Assembly: GCA_964035545.1 (NCBI GenBank)
Contig: CAXIUT010000122.1
Coordinates: forward strand, 1 to 13,018
DNA: 13,018 nt
Source of the DNA: Bugula neritina
Taxonomy: Eukaryota > Animalia > Bryozoa
Direction: 5' to 3'
A model generated the notes under the pieces. The model saw only the letters and a list, made by a program, of their open reading frames with translations, was not told the origin of the DNA and ran no database searches. The position numbers and the translations under genes are program-made. Positions 8,497 to 13,018 of the stretch are shown in pieces (within the stretch, counting starts at the first letter, position 1; each line of letters starts with the position of its first letter).

Positions 8497-9337
8497 ATGT
8501 ATAAAGATAAGGTAATTTGGATTACGGGGGCGTCATCAGGTATTGGCCGATCGTTGTCGTTGGAGTTTGCAAAACGAGGAGCCAAGCTAGTGTTGACCTC
8601 TAGGAACGAAGGAGAGTTAGTTAAAAACTAAAACAAGCTTGTGAGCATCAAGGCTTATCACCAAATCACATATTAATACTGCCCCTAGATATTACTCAAG
8701 AAGATAAAATAGACGCTTCCGTTGAGCAGGCCTTAACACTAGATGGGCGAATAGACATGTTGATTAATAATGCGGGAATATCTCAACGGTCCACTATTTT
8801 TGGAAACAGAAATGGAGACATACAGAACTCTTTTCGAAGTAGATTTTTTCGGACAAGTGGCGCTTACTAAGGCCGTGGTGCCGATAATGATCGAGCAGAG
8901 GTTTCTGGTCACGTCGCTATAACATCTTCAGTAGCAGGAAAAACTAGGTGTACCACTGAGAACAGGGTATTGCGCAGTTAAAACATGCTGTTATGGGTTT
9001 TTTTGATTCTCTAAGAACTGAACTCGTACACCACAACATTAAGGTTACAACTATAACCCCAGGGTTTATTAAGACAGATATTTCAAAGAATGCGATAGCA
9101 GGGCGACGGAACCGCATTTGGTAAAGAAGATACATCTATTAGTGGGGGGATGCAGGTAGACGATTGCGCCAAAGTGATTCTCAAAGGGTTTGAAAATGAC
9201 ATTCCAGAGATAAAAAGTCGGGGAAGGTAAAAGAGATGATGATCCTTAGATTAAAGCAGTACTTCCCTAAAAGCACTTTTAAACTAATGGCAAAGCAATT
9301 GAAACTAATGGTCAAGACCAACCAGCTAGAGGATTAA
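8497..9337 (+). pseudogene. Classical short-chain dehydrogenase/reductase (DHRS7-like), multiply frameshifted as read (probably sequence error)
   Basis: Not in the ORF track. [18 protein letters not shown] (TGxxxGxG), LPLDIT, IDMLINNAGISQRS, ITSSVAGK, catalytic YCAVK (YxxxK), FFDSLRTEL, TPGFIKTDIS; stop TAA at 9335-9337. About 8-9 single-base gains are needed to keep frame. Confidence 0.9.
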
Positions 9338-9405
9338 CTAAAAGCCCCTTCAGGAAAAAACGGCAATCCGTTATGCTTAGAGGTTGCTAAAATAATATAC
9401 AAAAC

Positions 9406-9440
9406 ATATACTTGATTAATCAACTATTAAGCAAGTATAT
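9406..9440. promoter_or_regulatory. Palindromic operator, probably bound by the adjacent MarR protein
   Basis: 15-bp arms ATATACTTGATTAAT / ATTAAGCAAGTATAT (14/15 complementary, 5-bp spacer) overlap a perfect 12-bp palindrome TTGATTAATCAA (9412-9423). The element ends 6 bp before the MarR ATG. Confidence 0.7.
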
Positions 9441-9446
9441 ATCGAT

Positions 9447-9867
9447 ATGAATACAGATGCAGAGCAGTACTTAATACAAAACTTCTATATTAAGCCAAAA
9501 GTTAAATAAAAAACTCGATTTAAAGCTAAGCTTACATGGCATCAGTTTTACTGAATACTTGATTATTCACTACCTTAATCAGGCGCAAAAAAATACGCTG
9601 AGGCGAATTGAGTTGGCGGAGATAATAGGAATAACGGCGTCTGGCGTAACACGTTTTACTGGCCCCTATGGAAAAAATAGGTTTGGTAGAAAAAGAAGTC
9701 AACCCAAGAGATGCTCGAGTGAGCCTTGTAAAGCTGACAGCGACAGGAAAAAGGTTATTGCGAGATGCCAAGAAAACTTTTTAGCGAAACAGCTGGAGAG
9801 TTAACCGATAATTTTAAGCGAATATGATCTAAATAGGCTGCTTCAGCTAAATGCGCAGTTAACTTAA
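9447..9867 (+). pseudogene. MarR-family transcriptional regulator, frameshifted as read (probably sequence error)
   Basis: Stitched product: …LSLHGISFTEYLIIHYL…LRRIELAEIIGITASGVTRLLAPMEKIGLVEKEVNPRDARVSLVKLTATGK… (winged HTH with DxR wing). Four single-base gains at about 9480, 9655, 9780 and 9813. Confidence 0.88.
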
Positions 9868-9911
9868 AAATACCTACCATACAGTTAATATGGTTTTACA
9901 AGGTACCACTT

Positions 9912-11620
9912 ATGTATAAAAGAATAATTACGTTGTTGCTACTTCTATCTATTCCATTGGGGCTATTCGAACGCAGCGGAACCGACCGAACCCGTAGCGC
10001 TGGATAAGGTAAACAATTTTCAAAGCGAAGAAATTTATAACCATGGATCGGGCTCAACCCGAAGCGTCAGCTGTGGCCGTAAGTCAGGGAAAAATAGTAG
10101 CAGTAGGCGATATGGATAGTTTTGCGCTCTTGGGCGCACAACAGAGAAGTCACGATAGACGATACATATATAAATCAGATAGTACTTCCAGGTTACCAGC
10201 CATTACTACCCAATTTCCATTTATAGCGCCTGAATACTGGTCATTACCCACTGGCAATTTCCCTGCGGCACGTTCAAATCAACAGTATTTGGAGCAACTA
10301 AAATATAGGGTAGCCAAGCACGACGATACCCAACCATTCGTAACATGGGGGTATCACCCTTTGTGGCACGGAGAGGTTTATCGGAAGGAGTTGGACTCCC
10401 TATTTCCTGATACAGCGGTAATTTTATGGCATCGATCATTTCATGAATTGATTGCAAACACAGCAGCGCTTACTCAACTAGGTATATCCGCAGAGGATTT
10501 AGACGGTGTTGCTGGAACGAATTATTCTAAAGGTCATTTCTGGGAATTAGGGGCACATGAATTGGTATCAAAAATGAGTTTCATTTTTGAGCCACAGCGA
10601 TATTCGCAAGGCCTGTTGAATTTCGTAAAGATGTTACATCGTGGCGGTATAACCTCTGCGATGGATATGGGGACAGGGATATTTGGCGATGCAGTAGCGG
10701 AGATGTCAGCGATACAGCGGGTAGTAAAAGCAAGTAATGCGCCCACGCGAATTACACTAACCCCTATCGTAACGGATTTTATCGCACGTGGAGTCTCCCC
10801 GTCTGATGCGGTTAAAGAAGTAGCCGTTTGGAAGAACTCTAATAGTGATCAAGTCGCCTTTGCAAACCATTTTAAACTCATGCTTGATGGGGCTATCTTT
10901 TCAGGTTTAGCACAGTTCGGCTTTCCAGGGTATATGGATGGGCATCATGGGGAATGGTTAGTCCCATATGAGGAAACCTTGTCTTACGCTCGTGCATTTT
11001 GGAACGACGGTTATCAGATTCACGCGCACACTAATGGTGACAAAAGTGCAGAAGTATTTATCAAGCTCGTAAAGGAGTTGTCTAATGGAAAACCGACGTT
11101 GGATCACCGGGCCACTCTCGAGCATTTTGCCTACACAACTTCAGAGCAATTACGGGAATTGGGGAACTTAGGCGTCGCAGTGTCAGCAAACCCCTATTAC
11201 CAATATATTCTTTCAGATCTATATGCAGATAAATGGTTAGGAGAAGACCGGGCGAGAAACATGGTGCCACTGGGAGGTGCCGTAAATAATAATATAAAAA
11301 TAGGGCTCCATTCTGATAGCCCAATGGCGCCGTTGAGCCCACTAACTCTAGTGTCAACAGCAGTTAACAGAGTGACTATTAATGGAAACAAAAATAATCA
11401 GGCACACTCATTGAGTGTAGATGAAGCATTGCGAGCTATTACTATAGATGCTGCTTGGATTATGCGAAAAGAGCACGAAATTGGATCGATAGTGGCCGGA
11501 AAGTCTGCTGATTTCGTTGTATTAGATAAAAATCCGTATAAAGTTAAGCCGAGTAAAATAGGGGATATTCGTGTATTGGCAACGGTTTTTAAAGGACAAA
11601 AACACCCATTGAAGAACTAG
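9912..11620 (+). CDS. YtcJ-like metal-dependent amidohydrolase (Amidohydro_3) with predicted signal peptide; 5' part frameshifted and apparently lacking the HxH segment
   Basis: ITMD…ASAVAVSQGKIVAVG, FKLMLDG, QIHAHTNGD, TLEHF, LHSDSPM, ALRAITIDAA, GSIVAGKSADFVVLD. The true start is probably ATG 9912 (MYKRIITLLLLLSIPLGYSNA-AEP after removing one G at ~9960). The ORF track gives 10043..11620. Confidence 0.88.
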
Positions 11621-11737
11621 CGAACTATTTCTTAATTATGATACCTTTTTTTGTTAGAAATTTAGAGCTTGAGGTTAGGCTTAGATTGACGGCATGGGGT
11701 TAAGGTTTTGACTGGTCAATAATTTGTTGATAATGGC

Positions 11738-11774
11738 TTGTATTCGCTGCAGCATTCTTCTAATATCCGCGCCC
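11738..11774 (+). promoter_or_regulatory. sigma70 promoter of rpmE with GC-rich (stringent-type) discriminator
   Basis: -35 TTGTAT (11738-11743), 17-bp spacer, -10 TAATAT (11761-11766), then CCGCGCCC; about 100 nt upstream of a ribosomal protein gene. Confidence 0.75.
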
Positions 11775-11875
11775 TAGCCGAGAAAACACTCGGATTTCGG
11801 CATTCTGTCAATATGTATGATTAATATCTGGTATTGAGTTAGAAAGCCACAAGAAATTAATTCCGGAGAATTAAA

Positions 11876-12079
11876 ATGAAAGCAGATATACACCCAGATT
11901 ACGACCAAATTAAAGTTACCTGTGCATGTGGTAATACATTCGAAACCGGTTCAACATTGGGCAAAGAGCTCCATGTAGAAATATGTTCTGAGTGTCACCC
12001 ATTTTACACGGGCAAACAAAAAGTGATGGACACTGAAGGACGTGTCGGTCGCTTCAAATCTCGCTATGGAAAGAAGTAA
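11876..12079 (+). CDS. rpmE: 50S ribosomal protein L31 (zinc-binding type A)
   Basis: MKADIHPDY…CACG…[15 protein letters not shown]…GRVGRF with all four Cys; GGAG ribosome-binding site upstream. Confidence 0.98.
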   Translation: MKADIHPDYDQIKVTCACGNTFETGSTLGKELHVEICSECHPFYTGKQKVMDTEGRVGRFKSRYGKK

Positions 12080-12090
12080 AATAGAACACC

Positions 12091-12117
12091 GATATTCGGC
12101 TAATATAGGCGAATATC
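12091..12117. other. Additional stem-loop in the rpmE 3' UTR
   Basis: GATATTCGGCTA-ata-TAGGCGAATATC: 12-bp arms with 1 mismatch. Confidence 0.55.
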
Positions 12118-12118
12118 A

Positions 12119-12161
12119 AAATAATAAAAAAGGCGCTTTTACAGCGCCTTTTTTATTATTT
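12119..12161 (+). terminator. Rho-independent terminator (symmetrical, potentially bidirectional) after rpmE
   Basis: Perfect 19-bp inverted repeat AAATAATAAAAAAGGCGCT-tttac-AGCGCCTTTTTTATTATTT. Confidence 0.92.
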
Positions 12162-12242
12162 GGTATTTTTACCCCCAACATATTGGGTAAGAGTACCAAC
12201 CTAGGTTTATAATTACGTTCTTGCATTTGAGCAATTTAGATA

Positions 12243-13018
12243 ATGACCAATTCAAAATTTCAATCCGCCCAGCAGTACATTCCCGGCGGCGTCAATTCTC
12301 CAGTAAGAGCGTTTAAGAGCGTGGGTGGGGAGCCAGTATTCGTACAAAGAGCAAAAGGACCGTATCTTTGGGATGATCAAGATAAACAATATATTGACTA
12401 TGTTGGATCTTGGGGCCCAATGGTGCTCGGCCATGCGCACCCAGAGGTTATCAAAGCAGTACAGAGCGCAGCAGAAAATGGCTTGAGTTTCGGCGCACCT
12501 ACAGAAAGCGAAACCGTATTGGCCAAGATGATATGCGACTTAATTCCAAGTGTTGATAAGGTTCGTATGGTGAGTTCTGGAACTGAGGCAACGATGAGCG
12601 CATTGCGCTTAGCAAGAGGTTTTACTGGCCGAGACAAAATTGTAAAGTTTGAAGGCTGTTATCATGGGCACTCTGATAGCTTATTGGTTAAAGCGGGGTC
12701 AGGCGCCCTAACCTTTGGAGTACCTACTTCACCAGGCGTTCCAAGCAGCGTTGCCGAGCATACACTTACCCTACCTTTTAACGATATTGAAAGCGTGAAG
12801 ACGTTGTTTGCTGAAATGGGCGACCAGATCGCAGCGATTATTGTCGAACCCATTGCCGGGAATATGAATCTAATTCCGCCGAGACAAGGCTTTCTAGAGA
12901 GCTTGCGTGAAGCTTGTGATCAGTCTGGGGCAGTGCTTATTTTTGATGAAGTTATGACTGGATTTAGAGTGGGTTTAACCGGCGCTCAAGGTTTATACAA
13001 CATTACCCCTGATTTGAC
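12243..13018 (+). CDS. hemL: Glutamate-1-semialdehyde 2,1-aminomutase (3'-truncated by window edge)
   Basis: Not in the ORF track because there is no stop in the window. [87 protein letters not shown]. Confidence 0.97.
   Translation, partial: MTNSKFQSAQQYIPGGVNSPVRAFKSVGGEPVFVQRAKGPYLWDDQDKQYIDYVGSWGPMVLGHAHPEVIKAVQSAAENGLSFGAPTESETVLAKMICDLIPSVDKVRMVSSGTEATMSALRLARGFTGRDKIVKFEGCYHGHSDSLLVKAGSGALTFGVPTSPGVPSSVAEHTLTLPFNDIESVKTLFAEMGDQIAAIIVEPIAGNMNLIPPRQGFLESLREACDQSGAVLIFDEVMTGFRVGLTGAQGLYNITPDL

Noticed and set aside
9412-9423. FNR-like half-sites TTGAT/ATCAA
   Set aside because: The spacer is 2 bp rather than the 4 bp FNR requires; the site is better explained as a MarR operator.
6829-11700. 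Mobile element, prophage or defence island interpretation of the accessory block
   Set aside because: No integrase, transposase, tRNA target, terminal repeats or defence-type domains were seen.
12183-12213. Possible hemL promoter (TATAAT at 12208-12213)
   Set aside because: The -10 is perfect, but the only -35-like hexamer (TTGGGT) is 19 bp away in AT-rich DNA; too weak to call.
7047-12853. Short ORFs 7047..7232, 7919..8143, 8944..9135, 9532..9771, 10221..10457, 10534..10746, 11082..11357, 11197..11391, 12252..12440, 12398..12637, 12662..12853
   Set aside because: Shadows of the K+ channel, AI-2E, SDR, MarR, amidohydrolase and hemL genes.

Overview
AT-rich gammaproteobacterial chromosomal segment (taxon inferred from gene content), probably close to the origin because it begins in gyrB. 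The left core block is gyrB (3' part) > < apaG < apaH < mlaA/vacJ < secB < rhodanese (YibN-like), then divergently envC > ctpA (S41) >. Next is a ~4.8 kb accessory-looking block: small K+ channel >, < AI-2E transporter, SDR oxidoreductase >, MarR regulator (with a clear palindromic operator) > and a signal-peptide-bearing YtcJ-like amidohydrolase >. The right core block is rpmE (Zn-type bL31, with a stringent-type sigma70 promoter and strong terminator) and the 5' part of hemL. The SDR, the full MarR gene, most of the AI-2E gene and hemL are missing or fragmented in the ORF track and were reconstructed by hand. About 7220-10195 carries at least 20 frameshifts, nearly all single-base gains in homopolymers, which most likely reflects read/assembly error rather than true decay. 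I found no CRISPR, RNA gene or mobile element, and cannot support a clearly new system. The best candidates for follow-up are the MarR-operator/secreted-amidohydrolase unit, the missing HxH segment in that amidohydrolase, an orphan terminator-like dual hairpin upstream of the SDR, and the rearranged secB-mlaA-apaH-apaG cluster.
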